Shown in pieces: positions 27,474 through 38,205 of a stretch of 63,331 nt of DNA (positions are counted from its first letter, which is position 1; every line of letters starts with the position of its first letter). The stretch lies in NCBI GenBank assembly GCA_964373575.1, contig CAYJVB010000002.1, positions 1-63,331 on the forward strand. The letters are read 5' to 3'. The translations under genes were made by a program, and so were the position numbers. The notes below the pieces were generated by a model. The model worked only from the letters and a program-made list of their open reading frames with translations, was not told where the DNA came from and ran no database searches. The DNA comes from an uncultured archaeon. GTDB lineage: Archaea > Aenigmatarchaeota > Aenigmatarchaeia > CG10238-14.

Positions 27474-28604
27474 ATGAAAATATTACATTTGGGAAAATAT
27501 TTTCCGCCTAATTATGGTGGCGTTGAACAATTCACGCATTCAGTAGCTAAATATTCTGTTGAGGCTGGATACGTGGTCACAGCTATTGTTTACAATTCAT
27601 CACAAAAAATGAAGCATGAAAAGATAGATGGCATAAATGTTATACGTTTGTCCCGGCTTGTTAATTTTCTTAGGACACCTTTTACAATGCCTATAGTATC
27701 TTTGATTAGAGACGAAAAACCAGATCTTATTCATCTGCATGTTCCGAATCCCTGGTTTGAGTTTAACTTGTTGTTATACATGCTCTTCAATCCAAAAACT
27801 AAAATATTTGTAACTTATCACTCTGATGTTATTAATTATACTCCTATACACTTTTTTGGCAACTTGCTTAGATTTTTGTACCTATTCCCTTTATTAAAAT
27901 TTTATTGCAACAAGATTATGGCAACAAGTCCCAATTATGTTCAGGGTTCGTTTATTCTTTCAAATCTAAGTGAAAGAATTTCTGTTATACCGTTATCGAT
28001 AAACATTTCAAAGTTTAAAACAAAAGAAAAAATAAAATCCAATAAGAGAATATTACTTTTTGTAGGCAGATTATCTCCTTATAAGGGCTTGGAATACCTT
28101 TTAGGTGCAATAAAAAAGGTTTCTATCTCTAGAAAAGATTTCGTTCTTTATATTGTAGGTGATGGTAGCCTAAGAAAAAAACTTGAAAAACGTGTTAATT
28201 CACTTGGAATAAAAGATTTTGTCAGTTTTGTCGGTGAGATTTCTGATAAAAACCTGCTGAAATATTATAATTCCTGTGATATTTTTATTTTACCTTCTAT
28301 TTTTAAATCTGAAGCTTTTGGCATTGTTCAGTTAGAGGCTATGGCTTTTGGAAAACCAGTAATCTCTACCAATATCTACGGAAGTGGCGTACCTTATGTT
28401 AATGTAGACGGTTTTACTGGAAAGGTTGTGAGGCCGAAGGATTCTATTGATTTGGCAGATGCTATTATTGAACTTCTTGGCAATGAAAGACTTAGAAGAG
28501 AGTATGGTAATAATGGAAGGATGCGTGTGAAAAAATATTTTAGCCAAGATAAAATGATAAAAGATATATTAAGTGTTTACAAACAAATTTTGCATGGTCA
28601 TTAA
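27474..28604 (+). CDS. GT4 (GT-B) glycosyltransferase
   Basis: MKILHLGKYFPPNYGGVE N-terminus, FVGRLSPYKGLE, and EAFGIVQLEAMAFGKPVISTN (E-x7-E). Confidence 0.85.
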   Translation: MKILHLGKYFPPNYGGVEQFTHSVAKYSVEAGYVVTAIVYNSSQKMKHEKIDGINVIRLSRLVNFLRTPFTMPIVSLIRDEKPDLIHLHVPNPWFEFNLLLYMLFNPKTKIFVTYHSDVINYTPIHFFGNLLRFLYLFPLLKFYCNKIMATSPNYVQGSFILSNLSERISVIPLSINISKFKTKEKIKSNKRILLFVGRLSPYKGLEYLLGAIKKVSISRKDFVLYIVGDGSLRKKLEKRVNSLGIKDFVSFVGEISDKNLLKYYNSCDIFILPSIFKSEAFGIVQLEAMAFGKPVISTNIYGSGVPYVNVDGFTGKVVRPKDSIDLADAIIELLGNERLRREYGNNGRMRVKKYFSQDKMIKDILSVYKQILHGH

Positions 28605-28605
28605 A

Positions 28606-30102
28606 ATGAAAATTTTTGACAAAGCTGTTTCGAATGCATATTACATGATTTTGAATTGGTCGGTATTGACATTTTTTGCATTTTTGTTTCAGTTAACTGC
28701 TATTAAACTTCTAACACAACAACAGTTTGGTATTGCTCTAACTGCTACAAATTTATCTGTATTTATTGGCTATATGCTAACATTGGGTCTATCAGTTGCT
28801 ATTGCTAAATTAATTCCTGAATATAGCAAAAAGAATCAAGTTTCCAGGATTAAAACAGTTGTTTCCAGATCTCTCATAATCATATTGTTTGTAGTTTCTA
28901 TTTTTACTATTCTATTCATCTACAATTTAGATAAAATTTCTGAAATTTTAAAAATTCCTAAGTCGGCCTTAATTTTGACTTCAATATCATATTTTGTGCT
29001 AAGCTTTACTCTGATTTTCAGTTCTTTAGTTTACGGACTTCAAGACATGAAAAGATTTTTCTATGGTGGACTTGGATATGCAGTTACAAAATTTGTTGTT
29101 TCTGCTGTTTTGATATTTTTAGGCTTCGGTTACTTTGGGCCCATAATAGGTTTGCTTTTTGGTTTTCTGATATGGCTAGTTATTACTTTCTCACCTAAAT
29201 ATATTACCACCGACATAAATTCTGTTTCTGATAAAGAATTATTCAAATATGGTGTTCCAGGGCTTTTGAACACATTCGCAAGTTCATTATTTGTTAATGC
29301 GCAATTTGTTCTATTGACTGTGATTAAAACTGCTACAGTAACAGGTATATTTGGTGTAGGTATGCTAATAACGTCTTCTATACTAGTTATACCAAATTTA
29401 TTATCGTTATCTGTTTTTCCCATCATTTCTGAGTTGTCTGTTGACAAAAAATCTAAGCGATCACAAAAACTTTTGGTAGATAATACTCTTCGATATTCGT
29501 TTTTCCTTACAATTCCATTCATCTTCATTTTATCTATTTTTTCTGGGTTCTTTATATTGCTATTATCCAAACCCGAATACCTAACTGTATCAGTGTTGAT
29601 ACCTATATTGTCAATTTCCTCTTTATTATTTGGTATTTCTAATATTCTTAACAATGCAATATATGCTACAAGGAAACCTAAGATATTCCGTAATATATTG
29701 ATAGCAGTATCTTTGTTCTTCCTTTTAATTATGCCATTTTTAGCTTCTGCTAAAGGCGATTTAGGCATGGCGTTGTCATACCTTTTTGCTATGGTATTTT
29801 ATCTAATTCTCAGCTTTACTTACCTTAAAAAAGGATTAAAAATTGACTTTCCTTTAAAAGATCTTTCAAAACTACTAATCGCTAGCTTAATTTCCTTTTC
29901 ACCTTTGATTTTTTTGAATGCAAAAATCAACAACCCGATAATAATGCTTATTGCAATAGCATTTTCCGGGATCGTGTATATTGTCACATTATTTCTTCTA
30001 AAATTCTATAAATCACAAGATTCGAGAATTCTTAAATTCTTCTCAAAAAAAATGAAAATTTCCCATCCGTTTATTGATTATCTTATAAATTTGTTCGATT
30101 GA
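28606..30102 (+). CDS. Wzx/AglR-like oligosaccharide flippase (MOP superfamily)
   Basis: About 14 predicted TM helices and 498 aa, located between glycosyltransferase genes and aglB. Confidence 0.75.
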   Translation: MKIFDKAVSNAYYMILNWSVLTFFAFLFQLTAIKLLTQQQFGIALTATNLSVFIGYMLTLGLSVAIAKLIPEYSKKNQVSRIKTVVSRSLIIILFVVSIFTILFIYNLDKISEILKIPKSALILTSISYFVLSFTLIFSSLVYGLQDMKRFFYGGLGYAVTKFVVSAVLIFLGFGYFGPIIGLLFGFLIWLVITFSPKYITTDINSVSDKELFKYGVPGLLNTFASSLFVNAQFVLLTVIKTATVTGIFGVGMLITSSILVIPNLLSLSVFPIISELSVDKKSKRSQKLLVDNTLRYSFFLTIPFIFILSIFSGFFILLLSKPEYLTVSVLIPILSISSLLFGISNILNNAIYATRKPKIFRNILIAVSLFFLLIMPFLASAKGDLGMALSYLFAMVFYLILSFTYLKKGLKIDFPLKDLSKLLIASLISFSPLIFLNAKINNPIIMLIAIAFSGIVYIVTLFLLKFYKSQDSRILKFFSKKMKISHPFIDYLINLFD

Positions 30103-30110
30103 TCATGGCC

Positions 30111-32297
30111 TTAATTAAATTCGACCTTGTAAATTCTTATCTCAGGGTTACTATAAACTGGTTTAAAATGCTTTAGGCCCTCCCCGCCGAAGAAAAATGT
30201 TTTCACAAAAATACTATCTTTTATTGATGGTGATAAATATATTCCAGATCTAAAATCTTGTTGCAACCAAATCATACCATCTATTTTTTCTAGTGTTGTT
30301 GGATAAGTAGCGAGGTTTATTCTCTGCAGCTTACCATCTTGTGAATAAAACACGACATTGTTTATCAAATATTTGTTGTTATAAACAGGCAATATCGCAT
30401 CTTTTTTTTCTACAATAGATAGTTTTAAACCACCATAGTCGTATACCAAGACATTATTCTCTTCTCTATCTTTCTGAACACTTTGCAGATTAAACACCCA
30501 CGGACACCAAACCCATAGACCTTTCCCTTGTGCTGCAAACTCACCGCAGGACATTTGTCCAGGTTCTGTATTTGGAGTTGATGCACAGCAAACGCCAGGA
30601 GTTTTTTGGAAATCTGCTGGGGAGCTTATAGGTGCACGGTAGCCGCCGAAGTAGTTCATCCACGTGAATTTTCCTATGAGGTCGTTGCTTGCTATGAAAT
30701 ATAATTCGGAAACGGGATCACAAGCTGTTGATGGCATAATGCTGCCCCATTTCTTTTTTGCTTGTTCACATTGTTCCGGTGTAAGCGATGTGTATTTCTT
30801 AAGCAAATTAACAGCTTCTGTTTCATTATTTGTTGACATTATTCTTCCCATATCTTGGATTCTTATATCGTGGTCGTATGGTACGCACTCTTCACCACCG
30901 CAGTGTGCTCCGTCACCATGGACTCTTAGACCAGTATAGCCTGTTATTATGTGACCTGGATCCCACCATGTAGCAACTAAGGCTTTTTTATCTGCATTAT
31001 CTTTCAGCCAATCTAACATATCAACCCAATTTTGACCTATATCGTAAGTACCAACATTCATTGCAAAAGCCAAATTTTGTGAGAAATAGCCTATAACAAC
31101 TAAGTAGAAAATTAGTCCTAAAATTGTTCCCCTGAAAAATAGATTGAAATTTTTTGTGTGTTCTATTAAGTTACCTATGACATAGCCAGCAGATGCTGCA
31201 ACAGCTATAGAAAACAGTAAGGCGAATCTAACACCACTTAAAATTATGTAAAATGTTATAACTGCCCACATAAACAAGAAAAGTTCTTCGAAACCAATTT
31301 TCACTCTTTTGTACAATTTATATCCAGCTAATAACGGCAGTCCTAAAATCATAAAATACATTGGTATTTTTCCGACCCTATCAGCAATTGCATTAAAACC
31401 ACCTCGAGTTAAAACGTTTATTGGTTGTAATTCTGCAACAGAAACATTAACTAATGAACCAGCACCTTGACGGAAGCCTGATGCAATCTGAATGAATAAT
31501 AATATACTGCCATTTCCGAGAATAAGAGAAACCACGTTTAGTATTATGAAAAGTAATATTAAGGGCCAGAATTGATCTTTCAACTCAGTAAAAATTTGAG
31601 TTAAATTTATTTTTCGACTTCCTCCTAAAAACACTTTAACAATTTTGTAAAGGAAAAATACTGGGATCAACATACAGAAAAACAATAATACATACCAACC
31701 AAACCACCAGCTATTGATGAATGCGAAATTGGCTATAACGGCCAATGCTATGTGGTACCATTTTTTCTCTCTCATTGCTAGGAAGATGGTAAAAATTGAA
31801 AGAAATGAGAAGAAGACTACAACAACATCAGTATCCAAATAGCCGGCTGTTGAAACACCGATAAATGTTGGTGTCATCGAAGCGAAGATAGCTGTTGATA
31901 AACCACCCCATTCATTAGTCAATTCCTTACCTAAAAGATATGCAGATAATGCACTTAATCCTGTCATTATTGCAGGAGAAATTATAGCGGCTTTCATGAA
32001 TGTTATGTCGGTGAACAGTGCGAGTATTTTGTAGAATAATATTATTATGTAAAACCAACCAGCGCTAGTTGAGAATGGTCTTCCTGGGGGATAGAAACTA
32101 AGTTCATCCCATTTGGGTGGTTTCAGATTGTTTTGCAAGACCTCATTTGCATGCCTGTAGAACCACCAAGGGTCGTAATCGGCTACTAGGTTTGGAATAT
32201 TGGTTAATCTGCTTTTTGTTGCAGCAAAGATGACTAGTATAAGCAAAACTAACGAAATAATAGTTTTTAATTTTATTTTAGGTAATTCGATTTTCAT
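30111..32297 (-). CDS. aglB: archaeal oligosaccharyltransferase AglB (STT3 family)
   Basis: 13-TM N-terminal domain with the DYDPWW first-loop acidic motif, the WWDPGH variant of the WWDYG signature, and a large C-terminal soluble domain. 728 aa. Confidence 0.9.
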   Translation of the reverse strand: MKIELPKIKLKTIISLVLLILVIFAATKSRLTNIPNLVADYDPWWFYRHANEVLQNNLKPPKWDELSFYPPGRPFSTSAGWFYIIILFYKILALFTDITFMKAAIISPAIMTGLSALSAYLLGKELTNEWGGLSTAIFASMTPTFIGVSTAGYLDTDVVVVFFSFLSIFTIFLAMREKKWYHIALAVIANFAFINSWWFGWYVLLFFCMLIPVFFLYKIVKVFLGGSRKINLTQIFTELKDQFWPLILLFIILNVVSLILGNGSILLFIQIASGFRQGAGSLVNVSVAELQPINVLTRGGFNAIADRVGKIPMYFMILGLPLLAGYKLYKRVKIGFEELFLFMWAVITFYIILSGVRFALLFSIAVAASAGYVIGNLIEHTKNFNLFFRGTILGLIFYLVVIGYFSQNLAFAMNVGTYDIGQNWVDMLDWLKDNADKKALVATWWDPGHIITGYTGLRVHGDGAHCGGEECVPYDHDIRIQDMGRIMSTNNETEAVNLLKKYTSLTPEQCEQAKKKWGSIMPSTACDPVSELYFIASNDLIGKFTWMNYFGGYRAPISSPADFQKTPGVCCASTPNTEPGQMSCGEFAAQGKGLWVWCPWVFNLQSVQKDREENNVLVYDYGGLKLSIVEKKDAILPVYNNKYLINNVVFYSQDGKLQRINLATYPTTLEKIDGMIWLQQDFRSGIYLSPSIKDSIFVKTFFFGGEGLKHFKPVYSNPEIRIYKVEFN

Positions 32298-32303
32298 GAA
32301 ATC

Positions 32304-33362
32304 TTAACTCTTATTTGTAATAGATGCATAAATGCTTTCAAGCTTATCGAGATATGAGTCCCATGTGAACCTTTTTACTAGTTCTTGATTTCTTTTTGTA
32401 TCGTGTTTTAACTTTTTCTTGTTTTTGGTATATGTTCTTATAGCAGTTACAATATCTGGTGCGCTTTTCGGTTTTATTGAGATGCCGTGTTGTCCAATAT
32501 CTACTGTTGAAATTATGCCGCAGCCGGTTGCCATTGCTTCAAGCAAGACTAGACCGAAACCTTCTGTCAGTGACGGGAGACAGAATATAGATGCTGAGTT
32601 ATACATTTTGATTAGATCTTTTCCAAATAGTGGACCGGTGAATTCAACATTCGATGGCGCGTCTTGCTTCAATATGTTGAGATAATCACCTTTACCTACA
32701 ACAACAAATTTTGTGTTCTGTAGAATTCTCGCACCCTCTATTAAATATTCGAGGCCTTTGATTTTTACCATTGATTTGTTCATTGATAGATTACCGATGA
32801 AGAGAACTAGATTTTCTCTTTTGATATCTCTCTTTTGATATTTTTTGTAATCGATACCTGGCTGAATCAGATGCATTTTGTTTTTTGGAATTCTCATATC
32901 TAAACCGATTTTTTGTGATAGCCTGTTTTGGAAGATTAAGGCATCATAATTTTTTGTTAAGACAAATTTTTCAACTGACTGGAAGATAGAACCGGCTATG
33001 CTGTCTTTCACATCTTTCCACACAGGACCGAAGATGTGGTGAATGTAACAACATATTGGTTTGTTAAGAAGTTTTGCGGCTATTAATGAAGGATAACACA
33101 TATTACCGCTGCTTGTGTGAATTAAATCGAAATCTTTTGCATGGCTCAAGATAATAGGTGTTGATAAATTCATGAAATAACGATTTATTGGTACTCTAAT
33201 CGTTTCGATTCCTTGATATTTTTTTATTTTTGGATTACCCGTGCAAAGAACTTTTATTTCATGACCTCTTTCTTTTAGGCCCTGCGCTATTTTTAGAGAT
33301 AATGTTTCACCACCACCTGTAATGTCAGGAGGAAAAAGCTCTTGGGTTATGAGGATTTTCAT
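32304..33362 (-). CDS. GT4 (GT-B) glycosyltransferase
   Basis: MKILITQELFPPDITGGGE, and EGFGLVLLEAMATGCGIIST (E-x7-E). Confidence 0.85.
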   Translation of the reverse strand: MKILITQELFPPDITGGGETLSLKIAQGLKERGHEIKVLCTGNPKIKKYQGIETIRVPINRYFMNLSTPIILSHAKDFDLIHTSSGNMCYPSLIAAKLLNKPICCYIHHIFGPVWKDVKDSIAGSIFQSVEKFVLTKNYDALIFQNRLSQKIGLDMRIPKNKMHLIQPGIDYKKYQKRDIKRENLVLFIGNLSMNKSMVKIKGLEYLIEGARILQNTKFVVVGKGDYLNILKQDAPSNVEFTGPLFGKDLIKMYNSASIFCLPSLTEGFGLVLLEAMATGCGIISTVDIGQHGISIKPKSAPDIVTAIRTYTKNKKKLKHDTKRNQELVKRFTWDSYLDKLESIYASITNKS

Positions 33363-33397
33363 ATAAAAGATGATGGGATTAAGATTTTAATAACTCT

Positions 33398-34933
33398 TCA
33401 GTGTAAATACAACTCTTTATTTTCAATTCCATTAGTCATATGACCGTTACTCGCAATTCCCAAATCTTTTCTGGCTTTTGTCATTCTTTTTGATAGATAT
33501 GCAAGATATTTCAAGGCATAGTTAACTACTCTAACTCCTTCAACCGGATTTAAATTCTTCATTACTGTTTGCCAAACGTGTTTTGGATTTGTGTAGAATT
33601 TCACCATTAACTTATCTCTGATTTCATTTATATCATTTGATGATAAATTGGGATAGCTAACCAAGCATTTTAGTTGCCCATTTTCATCCAGCCACTCATT
33701 AAAGTTTTCTGTCACCAAGTAACCATTATGTTTTGCCCAAGCATAAAATTCCGTTCCAGGGAATGGTACTGCCTGCTGGAAGAAGACCATGTCAGGATTC
33801 ATTCTTTTAGCAAATTGGAATGTGTCTTCAATACTTTCTTTAGTGTCGCCAGGCAAACCTATCATGAAGCAGCCGAATATTCTCAATCCAACTTTCTTTG
33901 CGTCCCTTGTGAATCTTTCAGCTTGAGTCAATACAACACCTTTTCTTATGTTGTTCAATACTTGTTGATTTCCACTTTCATAACCAACTATAAGAATTCT
34001 TGCTCCAGCATCTTTCATTGTTTTCATCAATTCGTAATCTAATTGGGCTCTAGCATTGCATGACCATATCACGTCTAAATCTCTTTCTTTGATTTCCTCA
34101 CAGATTTTCAGGACTCTTTCTCTGTTTATTGTGAATGTGTCATCCTCGAAGAAAATTTCTCTGACTTGAGGCAGTTTTTTATTGATGAATTCTATCTCGT
34201 CAACGACATTTTCTGGTGATCTCATTCTGAATGTGTGTAGAGTGAAAACCTGTGGATAGTCGCAATAAACGCATCTCGCGGGACAGCCTCTGCTCGTCCA
34301 TGTTTGGAGCATTGGATATTGAGCTAGTGCATATCTGTACCAATAGGGATTCAAGAATTTCTTGTAGGCTATTGAGACAAAAGGTGTTGCATCAAGATCC
34401 TGTATAAGCGGTCGAGGCGGAGTGTTGATGAATTTTTTGTCTTCTCTGAATGTTATGCCAGGAATTTTTTTGAAAACATCAGCATGAGTTCCGTTGTTTT
34501 CTAAAGCATCAGCAATATCTTTAACAGTGTAATCGTATTCGCCTCGCAGAATGAAGTCGATGTTGTTTGACATTTTCATGGATTCTATTGGCATGGCACT
34601 AACATGCTTTCCTGCCACTGCTATTTTAGCATCACTGATTTCTTTCACTTTATTAACAAATTCAACATCGCTGTGGATTGTGGGTGTGGATGTTTCGACA
34701 ACAACTAATTCGGGTTTGAAGTTTTCTATTTTTTTTAAAGCAGCAGTGAAATCCATCTCGGTTGCTACTGCGTCTATCAATAAAGGCTGATGATTGCTCT
34801 TTTCCATCAAGACAGCTGTAGCGTAAGAAAGCCAAAAAGGATAATAAAGGGTACCACTTTTCGTGAATTCTGGCCATCTACTGTCCTTACTAATTTTAAC
34901 CCTAAAAGGTGAATTGATCAGTAAAGTCTTCAT
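33398..34933 (-). CDS. B12-binding domain radical SAM enzyme (class B radical SAM, putative methyltransferase)
   Basis: N-terminal cobalamin-binding-like Rossmann domain (PELVVVETSTPT), followed by the SRGCPARCVYCDYP CxxxCxxC cluster motif. Confidence 0.85.
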   Translation of the reverse strand: MKTLLINSPFRVKISKDSRWPEFTKSGTLYYPFWLSYATAVLMEKSNHQPLLIDAVATEMDFTAALKKIENFKPELVVVETSTPTIHSDVEFVNKVKEISDAKIAVAGKHVSAMPIESMKMSNNIDFILRGEYDYTVKDIADALENNGTHADVFKKIPGITFREDKKFINTPPRPLIQDLDATPFVSIAYKKFLNPYWYRYALAQYPMLQTWTSRGCPARCVYCDYPQVFTLHTFRMRSPENVVDEIEFINKKLPQVREIFFEDDTFTINRERVLKICEEIKERDLDVIWSCNARAQLDYELMKTMKDAGARILIVGYESGNQQVLNNIRKGVVLTQAERFTRDAKKVGLRIFGCFMIGLPGDTKESIEDTFQFAKRMNPDMVFFQQAVPFPGTEFYAWAKHNGYLVTENFNEWLDENGQLKCLVSYPNLSSNDINEIRDKLMVKFYTNPKHVWQTVMKNLNPVEGVRVVNYALKYLAYLSKRMTKARKDLGIASNGHMTNGIENKELYLH

Positions 34934-35033
34934 TTTTATGTCACCATAACACTGTTATAAATTAATATAGTATATCCTTATAAAATTATACTTACACAGG
35001 TTTTACCAGGAATAAATAAGTATCTTAAAAACC

Positions 35034-36704
35034 ATGATGTATAAAATGTCAAAAGAAGTATCTATTGATCTCAAAAAACCAGAAATACTGATATTGAGCG
35101 GTGTTTTGATATTCTTTTTCATTCTTACTGTAAAGGTTATGGTTAATACTCCGGTTGCGTTCGGAGATGAGGGATATCATACATCGCTTGGCAGATATTT
35201 GGGAACTATGAAGGACTATCCTCAGTGGATTCCCTACTTTGGATCGGAACTTGAGAAGGAAGGTTTTCACACACCACCAATGATCCATCTGCTAATAGGA
35301 AGTCTCACAATGCTTTTTGGATATCAGGAGAGCCTTGTAAAGGGATTACAACCTTTTATTGGAGTTATTTTATTGGGGTATGTAGTTTTTCTGTTGACCA
35401 AAAAAATCTTTGGTACTGAAGTAGGGTTAATGGCATCTATTATAGCAGTTGCTTTGCCGTCATTTGCTACTTATGCTGTTTTGATGTACAGAGAAATGAT
35501 ATTTGTATTTTATTTCACGCTTTTTGCTCTTACATTACTTCTTGCGATAAAAACTGACGAAAAAAAGTATTGGATATTGACTAGCATATTTGCTGGTTTT
35601 TCTGTTCTTGGGAAAACTCCTGGTCTTGTTGCACCTTTGCTTTTGGGGATTGTGTTTCTTTATAGGTTATATCAGCAAAGACCAAATTACATGAATCAAG
35701 TTAAGACATTTGCATTAGTTTTTCTTATCTTGATATTGGTTTCAGGTTCTTTCATTCTGAGAAGTTTAGTTTTTTATCACACACCACACTGTGGTTTCAG
35801 GATAATGGATATCAGTGGATGCAAGAGGGATACAGGATATGTAAATAAATTTGAATATGCTGGAAGAACTGTTGAAACAGGAACTGAGGCTAACGCCCTG
35901 AAAATAGGTCTGACAAACTATTTTGATTTTGCATATGGGAATGTACTCTTTGTTCCTCTAACATTCTTCTTAGGTTTTGCTTTTTTAGCATTGAGAAAGA
36001 AGCCTGAAGATATCTTGCTTCTTGTTACGTTTTTTGTTTTCTTCATACCAATAGTTTATTTTTCATTTCCAGGGAGGGCTGAAGATACGGCAAGATTTAT
36101 GTTGCCGATGGGTCCTATTATTGCTTTGATATCGGCGAGCTATTTCAATGAAATCTATCAGTTTATCAAAAAATACTATAAATATGCGGGATTAATTGTT
36201 TTTGTTGCGATTATAGTTTTGTCGTACAAAAGTTTGACACAAAAGCTAGCTGTTATGACTCAGGTTAAAGCATTTTCACCTTTATTCTTTGATGCCTGCA
36301 AATGGATTAAAGAGAATACACCGAAGGATGCACAGATTGGTGGAGTAATTTGGGGCAGTGCAACAGTGTATAATTGTGAGAGGCCAATAGGTGGCGGAGG
36401 AGCTGATGTTGTATTAAGTCAGAATATTACTCTTTCTTTATCGCTTTTAAAGTGGTATGGGTCAACACATATTTTCATACAAAAATTCAGTATTAGCTTT
36501 GCTGATGAAAGGCTGACAGAAAGATATCCTATTAGTTTTGTTAATTTTCTAGAAAGTAATCCACAATATTTTAAGAAGGTTTATGAAAATGGACCAACAT
36601 TGGATCAGTGCAGACAGGCTGGTGGATGTGATGGGGCTGTTGTTTATGATATTGATTATAGTGGAATAAAACTAATACCACCTGAAGAGTTATTGAAAAA
36701 GTAA
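35034..36704 (+). CDS. GT-C fold membrane glycosyltransferase (PMT_2/ArnT/GT39-like)
   Basis: More than 10 TM helices, a first-loop GDEGYH (DE) motif and a C-terminal soluble domain. Confidence 0.7.
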   Translation: MMYKMSKEVSIDLKKPEILILSGVLIFFFILTVKVMVNTPVAFGDEGYHTSLGRYLGTMKDYPQWIPYFGSELEKEGFHTPPMIHLLIGSLTMLFGYQESLVKGLQPFIGVILLGYVVFLLTKKIFGTEVGLMASIIAVALPSFATYAVLMYREMIFVFYFTLFALTLLLAIKTDEKKYWILTSIFAGFSVLGKTPGLVAPLLLGIVFLYRLYQQRPNYMNQVKTFALVFLILILVSGSFILRSLVFYHTPHCGFRIMDISGCKRDTGYVNKFEYAGRTVETGTEANALKIGLTNYFDFAYGNVLFVPLTFFLGFAFLALRKKPEDILLLVTFFVFFIPIVYFSFPGRAEDTARFMLPMGPIIALISASYFNEIYQFIKKYYKYAGLIVFVAIIVLSYKSLTQKLAVMTQVKAFSPLFFDACKWIKENTPKDAQIGGVIWGSATVYNCERPIGGGGADVVLSQNITLSLSLLKWYGSTHIFIQKFSISFADERLTERYPISFVNFLESNPQYFKKVYENGPTLDQCRQAGGCDGAVVYDIDYSGIKLIPPEELLKK

Positions 36705-36771
36705 ACTTTAGATATAAAACTATTATCTATAATTATCTTCTACACTATCGTGGCCATACATGAATGCATCT

Positions 36772-37269
36772 TTAATACTTTTCTTTGACTATCGTATCTT
36801 TCAATTTCCTGACAGTATCTTCCAGTGATTCTTTTATTATCTTTGTTTTTGCAGTACTTTCCATAAAACCTATATCTCCCATCCATCTTGGTACTAACTG
36901 TATATGCAAGTGTTCATAGGTGGAGCCAGCAACGCTTCCTAAATTCATTCCAATGTTGAAACCATGTATAGAGTAAGTTTTTTCAATAACAGTCATCATT
37001 TTGTTAATCAATATGAACATGTTCATTAATTCTTCATCATTTAATTCTCTTGGATCTTTAACGTGTCGTATAGGAGCTATCATTACATGTCCCACATTAT
37101 ATGGATATTGATTCACTGTAACAAACATATCCTTAATTTTTAGAACGACACCTTCATCATTTTTCATCATTTCACAAAATCTGCAGTTATTCTCGCTGTT
37201 TTTTTCTTTGTCTCCGGGTAATCTTTTATAATTGCTTCTGTTTTCTGCTAGAATATAGTTTTTGTACAT
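36772..37269 (-). CDS. HIT-superfamily protein with HxHxQ motif (nucleotidyl-transferase/phosphorylase branch)
   Basis: CRFCEM N-terminal motif and YEHLHIQLVPRW, i.e. H-x-H-x-Q rather than the hydrolase H-x-H-x-H. Confidence 0.75.
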   Translation of the reverse strand: MYKNYILAENRSNYKRLPGDKEKNSENNCRFCEMMKNDEGVVLKIKDMFVTVNQYPYNVGHVMIAPIRHVKDPRELNDEELMNMFILINKMMTVIEKTYSIHGFNIGMNLGSVAGSTYEHLHIQLVPRWMGDIGFMESTAKTKIIKESLEDTVRKLKDTIVKEKY

Positions 37270-37273
37270 ATCT

Positions 37274-38197
37274 TCACCTAAAATTTTTTAATTCTTTAAC
37301 TATTTCTTTTACTCCTTCTTCAAGATCATGTTGAAATACAAACCCGAGGTTAGTTAACTTAGAACTGTTTAGCATGTAGGATAACTGGTTAAGATTTTCT
37401 TTATCAACTTCTCTCACGACAGCATCGGGAATTTGTTTTAGTACTGATTTAACTACATCTTCAAGCATTATATTTTCACTTGCAGTGTTGAATATACCTG
37501 TAACATTTTTTTTTGATATAAAAATTAAAGCTTTAGATGCATCCTTGACATGTATGTAAGGTCTTTTTTCACCTTTGTTAACTTTCCAAACCTCTATTGG
37601 CTTTTTGAAGCATGCGTTGAATGTGAATCTGTTGATGACCGTATCAAATCGAATACCAACACTCCATCCATATACTGTTCCAAACCTTAGAACTGAAGCG
37701 TTTAAACCTTTTTTCATTGCTTCTGTAATTTCTTCTTCTGCTTGTAGTTTTGATTCTCCATAAGGACTGACAGGTTTGCAATTATAATCTTCTGCCACAA
37801 TATTTTTTGTTGGACCATAAACGCTTGCTGAAGAAGAGTAAACATATCGTTTAATTTTATTTTTAATAGCATGTTCTAGCAATTTTTTAACGCCACCAAC
37901 ATTAATATTCATTGTTAACTCTTTTCTTTCAAATGATTTTGGCGCGTCTGTTATTCCTGCTAGATCTATAACAATATCAACATCAATCATTGCCTTTTTT
38001 ACATCGGCATCGTTTGTTATGTCCCCTTCAATGAATTCAAATTTTCCAGCCTTTGGTAAGTCCCATAACGATACATATCTTTCTCGAATCATATTATCTA
38101 GAATTCTGATGGTGTGGTTGGGAAATTCTTCAGGAAGATCTCTTATAAGTTGCGAGCCTATGTAACCTGCTCCGCCAGTAACTAAAATTGCACTCAT
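37274..38197 (-). CDS. NAD-dependent SDR epimerase/reductase
   Basis: VTGGAGYIGSQL, SSSASVYG, YGESK. Confidence 0.85.
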   Translation of the reverse strand: MSAILVTGGAGYIGSQLIRDLPEEFPNHTIRILDNMIRERYVSLWDLPKAGKFEFIEGDITNDADVKKAMIDVDIVIDLAGITDAPKSFERKELTMNINVGGVKKLLEHAIKNKIKRYVYSSSASVYGPTKNIVAEDYNCKPVSPYGESKLQAEEEITEAMKKGLNASVLRFGTVYGWSVGIRFDTVINRFTFNACFKKPIEVWKVNKGEKRPYIHVKDASKALIFISKKNVTGIFNTASENIMLEDVVKSVLKQIPDAVVREVDKENLNQLSYMLNSSKLTNLGFVFQHDLEEGVKEIVKELKNFR

Positions 38198-38205
38198 AAT
38201 ATCTC

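Noticed and set aside
29130-29768. 212-aa ORF antisense to the flippase gene.
   Set aside because: It lies entirely inside, and opposite to, a well-supported 14-TM Wzx-like gene. Its low-complexity, Ile/Asn/Lys-rich translation is typical of the antisense frames of AT-rich membrane genes.
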